Shown in pieces: positions 9,577-18,715 of a stretch of DNA of 51,925 nucleotides. Source of the stretch: Bacteroidota bacterium (GTDB taxonomy: Bacteria; Bacteroidota; Bacteroidia; Chitinophagales; UBA8649); assembly GCA_036128775.1 (NCBI GenBank), contig JAYYPZ010000051.1, positions 1 to 51,925 of the forward strand. Direction: 5' to 3'. The translations under genes and the position numbers were made by a program. Numbering within the stretch: the stretch's first letter is position 1; every line of letters begins with the position of its first letter. The notes beneath the pieces are model-generated. The model saw nothing but the letters and a program-made list of their open reading frames with translations, made no database searches and had not been told where the DNA came from.

Positions 9577-10005
9577 ATGAAAAATTTTAAAACCCTATTG
9601 ATTGTGACATTGATTATCGATGTATTGCAATTCGCGCCCTTGATTCTATTTAAAGTGGGCGGTGAGATGAAAACCATGATGATCGAAGACATAGGAATCG
9701 ATGGACTGGCAGGTAATGCAGCGGCCATGAGTATAATGGATACCATGATGACAGTCTTCGGCTTTATCGGGCTAGGCGTGCTATGTTCAATTGTCTACAC
9801 CATGCGCTTAAAAAATGTCGAGTCGCTTAAAACGGCAACCTTTCTTCTTTTTATCACCCACCTTTTCTGGACATTACCCGATGTAGTTCACCTCGCTATG
9901 GGTAGCTCCTTACATCCGCCAATTCCCGTGATGGTTATATCCTTAATTGGAATTGGAATTTTGTTCTATGCATCTCAAAAAGGAGAAGTTGCCTCAGCCA
10001 AGTAA
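9577..10005 (+). CDS. Small 4-TM membrane protein, unknown function (tandem paralog 1)
   Basis: The ATG at 9577 (MKNFKTLLIVTL...) is preferred. Four hydrophobic segments. It shares the PPIPVMV/APIPVVV last-helix motif with the next gene. Confidence 0.55.
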   Translation: MKNFKTLLIVTLIIDVLQFAPLILFKVGGEMKTMMIEDIGIDGLAGNAAAMSIMDTMMTVFGFIGLGVLCSIVYTMRLKNVESLKTATFLLFITHLFWTLPDVVHLAMGSSLHPPIPVMVISLIGIGILFYASQKGEVASAK

Positions 10006-10015
10006 AATCAATACT

Positions 10016-10411
10016 ATGAAAACAAAAACTACCCTTACCATTCTAGGTTCCATCTTCTTAATTCAAGGACTTGGTTTCTTTATTGGAGCAGAATACATCA
10101 CTAAAGATGCCTTTAAAGGCTTTGGTGAGCTCTCAAGAACAGCCCTTGAAGTTGGCACTATTTTACACCAAGCCATGGCCAGCATAATTTTTGGCCTAGG
10201 TATTTTGACCATAGCATGCCGAACGATTTCAGGAAAGCATGCTGTGAATTTTTTACAGGGCATGATCGCCCTAAACACCACCGTTCTCGCTGTTGCACTC
10301 TATTCTTCAGCCACGACCAAGGCCCAAGCACCAATTCCCGTAGTTGTTTTGTTTGTGGTTTTCCTTATACTTCTTTTTCTTTCTATGCGAACAGAAAATG
10401 CTCAAGCATAA
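10016..10411 (+). CDS. Small 4-TM membrane protein, unknown function (tandem paralog 2)
   Basis: The ATG at 10016 (MKTKTTLTILGSIFL...) is preferred. It has the same length and topology as the preceding gene. Confidence 0.55.
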   Translation: MKTKTTLTILGSIFLIQGLGFFIGAEYITKDAFKGFGELSRTALEVGTILHQAMASIIFGLGILTIACRTISGKHAVNFLQGMIALNTTVLAVALYSSATTKAQAPIPVVVLFVVFLILLFLSMRTENAQA

Positions 10412-10434
10412 CTTTATTTAGTTTTTGAGAAAAA

Positions 10435-10463
10435 GGGGAGCCACCCAAGTGGCTCCCCTTTTT
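10435..10463 (+). terminator. Rho-independent terminator
   Basis: ggggagccac-ccaa-gtggctcccc hairpin (10-bp GC-rich stem) flanked by AAAA and TTTTT, 20 nt after the stop at 10411. Confidence 0.8.
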
Positions 10464-10492
10464 ACATTATGATGGGCGAAAGCCAAGTAAAT

Positions 10493-10650
10493 GCGGAGAG
10501 ACGGGGATTATTTACATGATCCCCTTAGCTTGATTATCGAAATAAAGCTATTCGCGGAGAGACGGGGATTATTCCATGATCCCCCTTAGCTGTATTGTCG
10601 CGACAGAGATATTCCATAAACACAGGGATCTTTGCGAATAAAGCTATTTG
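10493..10650 (-). repeat. Two degenerate direct copies of the tRNA-Ser 3' end plus its downstream flank (att-like scars)
   Basis: The 17-mer gcggagagacggggatt occurs at 10493, 10554 and 10650; the last copy is the real tRNA 3' end. The flank (c)gaa(a)taaagctatt precedes copies 2 and 3. In the two pseudo-copies the T-arm is replaced by ggggatta-ttyacatg/ccatg-atcccc hairpins. Confidence 0.7.
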
Positions 10651-10735
10651 CGGAGAGACGGGGATTCGAACCCCGGAGGGGTTGCCCCCAACACGCTTTC
10701 CAGGCGTGCGCCTTAAGCCGCTCGGCCACCTCTCC
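10651..10735 (-). tRNA. tRNA-Ser (anticodon GGA)
   Basis: 85-nt cloverleaf read by hand. Acceptor GGAGAGG/TCTCTCC with discriminator G; anticodon stem CACGC/GCGTG with loop CTGGAAA; long variable arm GGGG-GCAA-CCCC; T-arm CGGGG-TTCGAAT-CCCCG. Confidence 0.93.
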
Positions 10736-10886
10736 GATTGGAGGACAAATGTAGCAAGTTCCTTGAAATGATAAAGCAGGAAGATATTCTATGCTTTCCT
10801 ATAAGGAAGATATGTTAGTATAAGTGAAAAATATCCGATTAAAGTTTTAGTTTTGGAACGACGAAGCGATAATTAAGCATAAACTC

Positions 10887-11621
10887 ATGAAAAAACTACA
10901 CAGCATTTTAGTCGTACTTTTTGTATTTGCAAGCACTACCCTAACCTACGCTCAGGGAAGCGAAGCAGAATCTGGAAACTTTACTCACAACTTACTCAAT
11001 AAGTTCATCGATGGTGACCCAACCTTTATGGGTACTGTTCTTATCGCACTTATTCTTGGGTTAGCCTTTTCTATTGAACGCATTATCAGCCTTACCCTTG
11101 CTGGGGGAAATACAGATAAGCTCATGAATGACATCAATGGAAAGCTTAAAGGTGGAGACATTGACGGAGCAAAAGCTTTATGTATGAAAAGTTCAACACC
11201 TATGGCATCCATTGCGTTCCAAGGGTTAAATCGTTCGGGCGAAAGCGTTGACGTTATTGAAAAAACAGTTGTAGCCTATGGATCAGTGGAAATGGGAAAA
11301 CTAGAAAAAGGACTAAGCTGGATTGGATTGATGATTGCCCTAGCACCGATGCTTGGTTTCATGGGTACAGTTATCGGTATGATTCAAGCTTTTGAGGACA
11401 TTCAACGAATGGGAGACCTTAAGATTGATGTTGTTGCTGGGGGTATTAAAGTTGCTCTTTTGACCACGGTATTCGGGCTTATTGCTGCGATCATCCTTCA
11501 GATCTTTTACAACTACATTGTAGCGCGAATCGATAGTCTTGTAAACGATATGGAAGAGAAGTCCATCACATTAGTTGACATGATGCTTGAGCATAAGTTG
11601 ACTTCTGATTCTTCGAAGTAA
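10887..11621 (+). CDS. exbB: MotA/TolQ/ExbB-family proton channel
   Basis: Signal-like N-terminus, then the typical ExbB core (LAPMLGFMGTVIGMIQAF...ALLTTVFGLIAAI). Confidence 0.88.
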   Translation: MKKLHSILVVLFVFASTTLTYAQGSEAESGNFTHNLLNKFIDGDPTFMGTVLIALILGLAFSIERIISLTLAGGNTDKLMNDINGKLKGGDIDGAKALCMKSSTPMASIAFQGLNRSGESVDVIEKTVVAYGSVEMGKLEKGLSWIGLMIALAPMLGFMGTVIGMIQAFEDIQRMGDLKIDVVAGGIKVALLTTVFGLIAAIILQIFYNYIVARIDSLVNDMEEKSITLVDMMLEHKLTSDSSK

Positions 11622-11648
11622 TTCTTAGTTCACCGAAAAAAAGGATTT

Positions 11649-12422
11649 ATGATTTCTCCTAAACAATTAAAACTCGGTGCTTCGATTCTTATCGGTGCCA
11701 TTATGGCCTTTGCTGTGCTATCCTATCTCTACGTGTCTTCGCAATATGAGCAGGTATCGTTAAATGCTACTATAGAAGCAGGGCAAGAGGATACGGCAAC
11801 AGCGATCGATCCATGTGCGGAAGACGAGGCAGTCGTGCGCTATCAGTACGTAGGTAGTGACAGCGGTGTAAAAGAAAATGTATCGGGCCATAATACAGTT
11901 AGCTCAATGCTTTTCATTCAAGTTCGATTCGGCACATTACTTATGATTCTGGCAGTTCTTGGATTGCTAGTAGGTATTGTGCTCAGCATCATACACAATC
12001 GAAAAGCAGCTATAAGTTTAGCTATCGCACTAGGCGTCTTTGTAATAGTCTACTTCATTAGTGCAGCTTCTGTCAGTGGTTGGGATACTACTCCCTATGC
12101 TGTGTATGAGGCAAACCAAGAATTATTAATGGGAAGCAAGCCGTCTGTTGTTGCAGAAGAAGTCACTGTTTCTGAAGAAGAAGTAGCAGAGGAAGAGGAA
12201 GAAACTGCTGAGATAGATTCAACTTCAACGGAAGAAGCAGTACAGCCAAGTGTTGTAGTATGTGAAGAATCTGAAGAAGATGAAATGTACGGTGAAGGTG
12301 TCGTGAATCGAGCAGCTACGGGAGTAGTAGCGCTTATGGTATTCTTAGGCTTAGGACTGCTTGCGATTGTATTTGCCATTTTATACCCTATTGCATTAAC
12401 CATTTTACCAAGTAAAAAGTAA
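11649..12422 (+). CDS. Hypothetical 4-TM membrane protein with strongly acidic loop
   Basis: Four hydrophobic helices and an E/S/T-rich loop (EEVTVSEEEVAEEEEETAEIDSTSTEE...EESEEDE). It sits between exbB and the exbD-like genes with gaps of 27 nt and 1 nt. Confidence 0.6.
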   Translation: MISPKQLKLGASILIGAIMAFAVLSYLYVSSQYEQVSLNATIEAGQEDTATAIDPCAEDEAVVRYQYVGSDSGVKENVSGHNTVSSMLFIQVRFGTLLMILAVLGLLVGIVLSIIHNRKAAISLAIALGVFVIVYFISAASVSGWDTTPYAVYEANQELLMGSKPSVVAEEVTVSEEEVAEEEEETAEIDSTSTEEAVQPSVVVCEESEEDEMYGEGVVNRAATGVVALMVFLGLGLLAIVFAILYPIALTILPSKK

Positions 12423-12423
12423 G

Positions 12424-13170
12424 ATGCCTAGAAACAAACGAAGTCAACCGGAAATTGATGCAAGTTCGATGGCGGACATCGCCTTCCTCTTGCTTGTATT
12501 CTGGCTTTCTATTACGACTGTTCTTACGGTACAAGGTCTTCCTCAAAAACTTGAGAAAGAAAAAGTACAACAGGAGGTTATTGAAGAGCAAGAGCAGGAA
12601 ATCAATGCCCAGTACCTCTTAGTCATCCAACAAAAAGGAAGTGACATCTGTGACAAGAGTAACCTCAATATTCAAATTGAATATGCTTATGTCCACGATG
12701 GAGTTTCTGGAGGAGCACTTGACAAAGAACTTCGCGAAGGGGCCTCTATGGTTGATGAATACGGCAAAGACATCGTACCAAGAAATCAAGGGAGATCCAT
12801 TGGTAAAAAGATTGTTTGGGAAAACGTCTACACGGAATTAGAAGCAGCCCAGCTTACCCAAATTAAAGATGCGATTGCCAACCACATTCGCAAACAAGAA
12901 GAAGAGCACATCATCCAGTTCAAATACAAAAGTGACGTCTGTTATCAGGCCTACATGACGATGTTCCAAACCATAGAAGCAGCCTATGAAGAGGTGCGCA
13001 ACGAAAAGGCCATGGAAATGTTTGGATTGGAATGGTCTTACATCAAGGCAAAAGCTAAACGAGAGGAAAAAACAAAAGAAGGTAATAAGCCAGGAGGATT
13101 CCGTGAGATGGAATCCACCATCTATAAGCTTGTTTCTACCTCAAAACTGTCTAAGCAGACCATAGATTAA
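12424..13170 (+). CDS. ExbD/TolR-like protein with long C-terminal extension
   Basis: The N-terminus PEIDASSMADIAFLLLVFWL matches the ExbD TM signature (inltPliDvvFLLLiFF). At 248 aa it is much longer than canonical ExbD. Confidence 0.6.
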   Translation: MPRNKRSQPEIDASSMADIAFLLLVFWLSITTVLTVQGLPQKLEKEKVQQEVIEEQEQEINAQYLLVIQQKGSDICDKSNLNIQIEYAYVHDGVSGGALDKELREGASMVDEYGKDIVPRNQGRSIGKKIVWENVYTELEAAQLTQIKDAIANHIRKQEEEHIIQFKYKSDVCYQAYMTMFQTIEAAYEEVRNEKAMEMFGLEWSYIKAKAKREEKTKEGNKPGGFREMESTIYKLVSTSKLSKQTID

Positions 13171-13184
13171 CACCCGAGCGAACT

Positions 13185-13730
13185 ATGTCAAGATTCAAGA
13201 AAAATAAGACACGTGAAGTACCGGCTATATCTACCGCGTCATTGCCAGATATTGTCTTTATTCTTCTTTTCTTTTTCATGATTGTGACTGAGCCACCAGA
13301 AAAGCAAACACAGCTTGAGGTAGAAGAACCGGATTTCGAATTCAAAATTGATATGGATAAAACCGATCGGCAAAATGCCTATCGAGTCTATATCGGCTAT
13401 AAAGAAGGAAGTCAAACGGTCTACTCTGAATTTCCTGCCGCTAAAAAATCAAGTGGTAATGACGATTGGCGCTTTGTTGACGTGGATGCTGTAATGACGG
13501 AACGAAAAGCAGGAAAAAGCGGAGCGAATGATGCATTAAACGTCGCCATTAAAAAATTCGGAGATAACATTATTGCCGAACGTGGAGCCGGCAGTGAATT
13601 AGCTGACTACGATATTATCCTAACTGTGGCTGGAACAGTCAAGTGGGAAGTTGTAGAAGAGATTCAACGGGATCTTTCCAAGCAGGGCTTCCGAAACGTA
13701 TTCCACCGAGACAAAGAAGACGAAAAGTAG
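13185..13730 (+). CDS. exbD: ExbD/TolR-family biopolymer transport protein
   Basis: EVPAISTASLPDIVFILLFFFMIV signature helix, 181 aa. Confidence 0.75.
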   Translation: MSRFKKNKTREVPAISTASLPDIVFILLFFFMIVTEPPEKQTQLEVEEPDFEFKIDMDKTDRQNAYRVYIGYKEGSQTVYSEFPAAKKSSGNDDWRFVDVDAVMTERKAGKSGANDALNVAIKKFGDNIIAERGAGSELADYDIILTVAGTVKWEVVEEIQRDLSKQGFRNVFHRDKEDEK

Positions 13731-13742
13731 TACTTGCTTCGT

Positions 13743-14855
13743 CTATTCGTTAATTTTTCCTATTAACACCTCCCAAAGCTCACAGGCAACTTCATCCCAA
13801 GTTCGATTCCTTTCTAAGGAAGGACCCTTCTGAATGCGCTCGACTTCAGTCAGTCCCTGTCCAATACTTTCAGACGAGTAAGGGTCAATGTAAATCACTC
13901 CCTCCTGATTGGTATAGCCCGCTAACACCTCTTGACATACACTTGACTCAGAAGTCAGCACAGGGCAGTTAAATTGAGCGGCTTCGAGTAAAACCAAGCC
14001 AAAGCCTTCTAAAAGGGACGGATAAACTAATGCGTTGGCATTAAACAACAAGGCATCTTTTTCACTTTCTGAAACCCTTCCTAAATAATGTACGTCCGAT
14101 CGTCGAAAACATGCTGAAATAAAGGATCGCTCCTTTCTGGACCAGCCTTTTCCCAACACTCCAGCAAACACTAAATCAGATGTAATCTTGCCCTCATCCT
14201 TATAGTCGATAAACGCCTTGAGAAGGTTATAACTATTCTTACGAGGGTTGATTGAGCCCAAGGCTAAAAAATAGGGATCAAACAAAGGAATCCTTTGCCA
14301 TTCCACAAGCTTGTCGATGGATTTTTTTTCATCGCAGCCATGCATAATCGTAGTGATTTTGTTGGATGGAAGGCCATACCTACTCACCAAATCATGACGC
14401 GTGAAATCAGATATACTGATGATATGATCGGCTCTCTGACAGTACGTAGGCACCCACTTAGAATAAAACCTTGATACCCTAGGAGCATTCCACTCCGGAC
14501 GGTGTTCCCAAGCCAAATCATGAATGGTAACCACACTTTTTGTTTTCGAAGGACTCTCAGCTAAGAAAGCATCTGGTCCCCAATAGAGATCCACTTGATG
14601 TTGTTGCAACCACCGGTTAACGCGCACTTCGTAATGATAGTACCACAACCACGGGTGGCGAGCACCAGGCCCCAAGGAGTGACCCATCATATTGGGCGCC
14701 ATAAGAAACTCATTAGAGAACGAACGGTCGAACAAGAGATGAAAGGTTACTTCGGGATGGTTCAGTGCCATTCTTTGGACGATTTCATACGTATACCTTC
14801 CTATGCCTTCAAGGCGATTAGGAAGTAGAAAACGTGCATTTATAGCGACTTGCAT
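13743..14855 (-). CDS. Glycosyltransferase, GT4 (GT-B) family
   Basis: C-terminal EGFGLVLLEAAQFNCPVLTS (E-x7-E region) with a typical GT4 layout. Confidence 0.85.
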   Translation of the reverse strand: MQVAINARFLLPNRLEGIGRYTYEIVQRMALNHPEVTFHLLFDRSFSNEFLMAPNMMGHSLGPGARHPWLWYYHYEVRVNRWLQQHQVDLYWGPDAFLAESPSKTKSVVTIHDLAWEHRPEWNAPRVSRFYSKWVPTYCQRADHIISISDFTRHDLVSRYGLPSNKITTIMHGCDEKKSIDKLVEWQRIPLFDPYFLALGSINPRKNSYNLLKAFIDYKDEGKITSDLVFAGVLGKGWSRKERSFISACFRRSDVHYLGRVSESEKDALLFNANALVYPSLLEGFGLVLLEAAQFNCPVLTSESSVCQEVLAGYTNQEGVIYIDPYSSESIGQGLTEVERIQKGPSLERNRTWDEVACELWEVLIGKINE

Positions 14856-14899
14856 CTTAAAGTATCAATGAAATGGTAAAATACATATAGTTTCACAAG

Positions 14900-16333
14900 A
14901 TGAAAACCGCCTTACTTCGTCCGGTTCTTCTTCTCATAGGGCTCAATGTTATCATAAAGCCTCTTTGGATTGTAGGAATAGATCGCCAAGTCCAACTCTT
15001 GGAAGGACCCGAAGTCTATGGTCGATTTTTTGCGCTCTTTCAACTGAGCTTGATGTTTCACGTCATTCTCGATGCGGGAATTCAAACCTTTCTCAGTCAG
15101 CAGAAAGGGAAAAATACGGCCCTGAGTTCCGATTTTATCTATCGGCTTGGTGTAACTAAAATCATTCTTTCTTTCATATACTTTGGTTTATCTATGGCCC
15201 TAGCGTTTGTTCTTGGCCTATTGTATAAACCGGACTGGATGACTAAACTGCTGGTTATTCAAATTCTCCATAGTGCCATCTTATTTTGCAGGACCTATTT
15301 TGCCGCAGAACTTCGCTATAGCCTCGATCGATTATTTTCCATTTTGGATAAAGCATTAAGCCTAGGAATCATGGGAGTGGCACTCCTTGTCATTCGAGAT
15401 ATAAACGCTATTGATACTATGCTTAACGCCCAATTAATAGGCCTTGGGATTAGTGTAATGCTCGCGCTATCCTTTTTGTATACTCGTCAACGACAGCTCG
15501 ACAAAACCAGGCCGAGCACGCCCATTACATACTATTCGCTCTTTCAGCATGCCTTACCCTTTACGTTAATGGTTTTATTTATGACCCTTTACCAACGCGC
15601 AGATGGGGTGATGATTGCTATGCTTCATAAAGAAGCCTCGCTTCAAAATGGTCTGTATGCCATGAGCTTTAGGCTTTATGATGCATTAAATGTTGTACCA
15701 TTTTTAGCCACTTCACTTTTACTTCCAACGCTTGCCAAACGAGGAGTCAAAAGTATTGAAGGGCTTTCGATTAGTCGCGAGATTCTCCGCTTTGCTACAA
15801 CCTTATCCGCTGTAACCTTCCCATTGATTTTCTGGGCACACGGTGATTTGTTTTCGTTGTTCTATGGAGATCAAGTTGATGTTGCAAAGGAAGTTTTTCA
15901 GGTAATGATGATTTGCTTTATGGTCGGAGCACCTATGGCCGTCTTAGGGACAATCCTTACCGCAGCAGACAAAGTTTGGACGGTTAGCTTAGTGGCGCTT
16001 TCAGGCTGCATTCTCAATATCGTATGCAATGCTTTGTTTATCCCTTCCTATGGAGCACTTGGCGCTTCCTGGACGACATTAGCTACTGCACTGTTTATTA
16101 CCCTATTGTATCTCTGGCACCTTAGAACTATGATTGGCCAGCTCCTCTCTTGGAAGATTTCCATACAATATATTGCCCTGGGTACTATGTGTTGGGCAAG
16201 CTTTGCACTCATCAATCAATTTTTACCTGTAGAATTTTTATTCAAAGTGATTCTATATCTAATCATTACTTCTGCTATTATAGCCTCGACAAAGTGGCTT
16301 CAAATCAGTATTTTACCAACTTCAAGGAATTAA
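14900..16333 (+). CDS. Polysaccharide/O-antigen flippase (Wzx/MOP superfamily)
   Basis: 477 aa with about 12-14 predicted TM helices and a MOP-flippase-like layout, in a polysaccharide gene context. Confidence 0.8.
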   Translation: MKTALLRPVLLLIGLNVIIKPLWIVGIDRQVQLLEGPEVYGRFFALFQLSLMFHVILDAGIQTFLSQQKGKNTALSSDFIYRLGVTKIILSFIYFGLSMALAFVLGLLYKPDWMTKLLVIQILHSAILFCRTYFAAELRYSLDRLFSILDKALSLGIMGVALLVIRDINAIDTMLNAQLIGLGISVMLALSFLYTRQRQLDKTRPSTPITYYSLFQHALPFTLMVLFMTLYQRADGVMIAMLHKEASLQNGLYAMSFRLYDALNVVPFLATSLLLPTLAKRGVKSIEGLSISREILRFATTLSAVTFPLIFWAHGDLFSLFYGDQVDVAKEVFQVMMICFMVGAPMAVLGTILTAADKVWTVSLVALSGCILNIVCNALFIPSYGALGASWTTLATALFITLLYLWHLRTMIGQLLSWKISIQYIALGTMCWASFALINQFLPVEFLFKVILYLIITSAIIASTKWLQISILPTSRN

Positions 16334-16335
16334 CC

Positions 16336-17250
16336 ATGTCGCAAGAAGATTCAAACAAAGCCATCGTACATTTTTTAGCCCGCCTTCTCCAATATAAAGG
16401 CTGGATTATTGGCGCAACGCTCATATCTGGCATCGCAGCAGTAGTCATTAGCCTCTATGTACTTAAGCCCTATTATCAAAGCTTTGCCTTGGTCTACCCT
16501 ACCAATCTTACGATGCATGAGCGTGCATCGATGTTTAGCAATACTTCGTCCTCCGGAGAAGAAGGCGGATACTATGGTACAAAACATGATGCTAATCGCA
16601 TTTTGACCGTAGCTAATTCACAGTGGCTCATACAACGTATGATTGCGGAATTCAACCTCTCAGAGCACTATGGTTTTGACAAGAACACGGAGTATTTATC
16701 CTCAAAGACGACCGAGCAATTCATGGATCAATATCAAGTGTACAAAACCGAAGAAGATGCCATCCGGATCAACTACATCGACACCGATCCTAAACTTGCC
16801 GCTAACTTGGTCAATGAAATGGTTAAGATTATTGATTCTACGATTACAGCTCCTATTCAACGGAATAAGGAGTCGATGTATGTAGAGATGAAAAAACAGT
16901 TAGACTCAAGTGAAGTCGCACTAAATGACTTGGCCACTCAAATTGAGCTATACCGAGATTCTGCTCAGAACCAACTTCTCACTCGCCAATATGAACAGCA
17001 ACTTCTTCGAGTTAAAGAAATACAACAATTAGTCGACCAACACGCGGTAGCCTCTTCCACGTCAACCCCTGGTTTAGAAATTATTGAAAACGCCTATCCT
17101 GCAGAGCGAAAGCTAAAACCTGTGCGATGGATGATCTGTGCCATCACGGTTATTGTCACCTTCATTCTGTCTTGTTTGATTGTCCTATTGTTTGATGCCG
17201 TTGGTCAATTGAGCAACGCCATAGGAAAGTATGAAAGGTCTAAATCCTAA
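16336..17250 (+). CDS. Chain-length-determinant (Wzz)-like protein
   Basis: The ATG at 16336 lies right after the flippase stop. One N-terminal and one C-terminal TM helix flank a coiled-coil-rich periplasmic part; PAERKLKP precedes the last helix, as in Wzz proteins. Confidence 0.6.
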   Translation: MSQEDSNKAIVHFLARLLQYKGWIIGATLISGIAAVVISLYVLKPYYQSFALVYPTNLTMHERASMFSNTSSSGEEGGYYGTKHDANRILTVANSQWLIQRMIAEFNLSEHYGFDKNTEYLSSKTTEQFMDQYQVYKTEEDAIRINYIDTDPKLAANLVNEMVKIIDSTITAPIQRNKESMYVEMKKQLDSSEVALNDLATQIELYRDSAQNQLLTRQYEQQLLRVKEIQQLVDQHAVASSTSTPGLEIIENAYPAERKLKPVRWMICAITVIVTFILSCLIVLLFDAVGQLSNAIGKYERSKS

Positions 17251-17269
17251 TCCTTCCGCTTAACCTACT

Positions 17270-18715
17270 GTGGCATTAGTACGTTATAATCGGTCATCTA
17301 TCTACCTCGCGGCTTCGCTGGGCTTAAGCATTATGCTTACCCTATTGGCTTGGATTTTTGATATAGCCTTATTACCCGTATTGGCTATCCTTCCTTTTGT
17401 TCTAGCGGCTTCGCTTCTTTATCCTAAATACCTTTTCTTTTTAGCAGTAAGCTTTTTACCCATATCAAGAACAGTTGAGTTTGGATCAGGGCTATCCCTA
17501 AGCTTTCCCACAGAACCTTTGTTAATCTTTCTAAGCCTAGTTGTGCCAATAGAGTTTGTCTACGGCAAAAAAATCCGTAGCGACCTTCTCGCAAAACCCA
17601 TCGTCTTAACCTTGATCCTCTATCTAGTCTGGATAGGAATAACGACATTAACTAGTCAAACTCCCTTACTATCTGTAAAATATCTCTTGGCAAAGTCTTG
17701 GTTTGTCGTCCCTGCCATCTTAGGTAGTGTAGTCTATATCCAATCATGGAAAGATGTTAAGCGAATCCTCTGGGTATTTCACGGGGTGTTGTCCTTCACC
17801 ATTCTTTGGACGTTGATGCGTCATAGTGTAAGTGGCTTTGCATTCGATCAAGTGAACTTTACCATGACACCGTTTTACCCCAACCACGTGGACTACGCGG
17901 TGGTGATTACCATGTTTTTACCCTTTAATCTTTGGTTGTATTCTGAGGCTACTACACGCAGGACAAAGCGCTATCTCCTTTTGAGTACTGTGGTCTTTTT
18001 ACTCGCGATTTATCTCTCCTACACGAGAGCATGTTATGTTGCCGTATGCTTTGAGGTTGTCGTGTATTTCTGCCTAAAAATGCGTGGGATGAAACTGGCC
18101 ATTCCCATTGCCTTTGCCTTGGCTATTGGCTTAGTTGGATTTTTACTTCATGAAAATCAATATCTCCAATACACCCCCTCAACAAGCACTGTCATGCACG
18201 ATGAGTTTAGTGATCATGTTTCCTCAACCTTTGAAGGAAAGGACGTTTCTAGTATGGAGCGAATATATCGTTGGGTAGCAGGCGGGCATATGATAGCAGA
18301 TAAACCATGGTTGGGCTTTGGGCCAAATGGATTTGTACCGAATTACAGAGAGTATACTGTGTTTATCTTTGAAACCTGGGTGTCTGATAACCCTGAACAA
18401 TCTACCGTGCACAATTATTATATACTGCAAGCCATAGAACTTGGAATTCCTGGGTTATTGCTTTTTCTGACAATAATCATTCTATTCTTTCTTAGAATTG
18501 AGCGTTATTACGCAAAAGAAAAAAACAATTTGAAAGGAAAATTCAGTTTAGCATTAGGTGTTTCAATGAGCAGTATCGTAATCAATAACATATTTGGAGA
18601 CTTGATTGAAACCGATAAAATTGGCTTCTTCTTTTTTATCCTGATTGGTCTTTTAATCATCCTTCCAAAACTCGCTCAAGAATTTTCTACGCACAGGGAA
18701 ACTAGGTATGAATAA
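17270..18715 (+). CDS. O-antigen ligase/polymerase-like (Wzy_C domain) membrane protein
   Basis: GTG start. Multi-TM protein with a large loop containing SYTRACYV...H...ERIYRW..G, followed by STVHNYYILQAIELGIPG, typical of O-antigen ligase-like proteins. Confidence 0.75.
   Translation: MALVRYNRSSIYLAASLGLSIMLTLLAWIFDIALLPVLAILPFVLAASLLYPKYLFFLAVSFLPISRTVEFGSGLSLSFPTEPLLIFLSLVVPIEFVYGKKIRSDLLAKPIVLTLILYLVWIGITTLTSQTPLLSVKYLLAKSWFVVPAILGSVVYIQSWKDVKRILWVFHGVLSFTILWTLMRHSVSGFAFDQVNFTMTPFYPNHVDYAVVITMFLPFNLWLYSEATTRRTKRYLLLSTVVFLLAIYLSYTRACYVAVCFEVVVYFCLKMRGMKLAIPIAFALAIGLVGFLLHENQYLQYTPSTSTVMHDEFSDHVSSTFEGKDVSSMERIYRWVAGGHMIADKPWLGFGPNGFVPNYREYTVFIFETWVSDNPEQSTVHNYYILQAIELGIPGLLLFLTIIILFFLRIERYYAKEKNNLKGKFSLALGVSMSSIVINNIFGDLIETDKIGFFFFILIGLLIILPKLAQEFSTHRETRYE

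Noticed and set aside
10493-10650. Possible mini CRISPR array (repeated 17-mer with intervening sequence)
   Set aside because: There are only three copies, one of which is the genuine tRNA-Ser 3' end. The spacers are unequal (44 and 79 nt), and there are no cas genes. It is a tRNA-fragment duplication.
12424-13170. Whether the 248-aa ExbD-like protein is actually the missing TonB
   Set aside because: It has the ExbD-type N-terminal helix. It lacks a Pro-rich spacer and any TonB C-terminal-domain-like ending.
16150-16335. N-terminal extension of the Wzz-like ORF (track start 16150) overlapping the flippase gene by 184 nt
   Set aside because: The extension is an alternative-frame read of the flippase C-terminus. 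An ATG at 16336, immediately after the flippase stop, gives a sensible N-terminus (MSQEDSNKAIVHFLARLL + TM helix).
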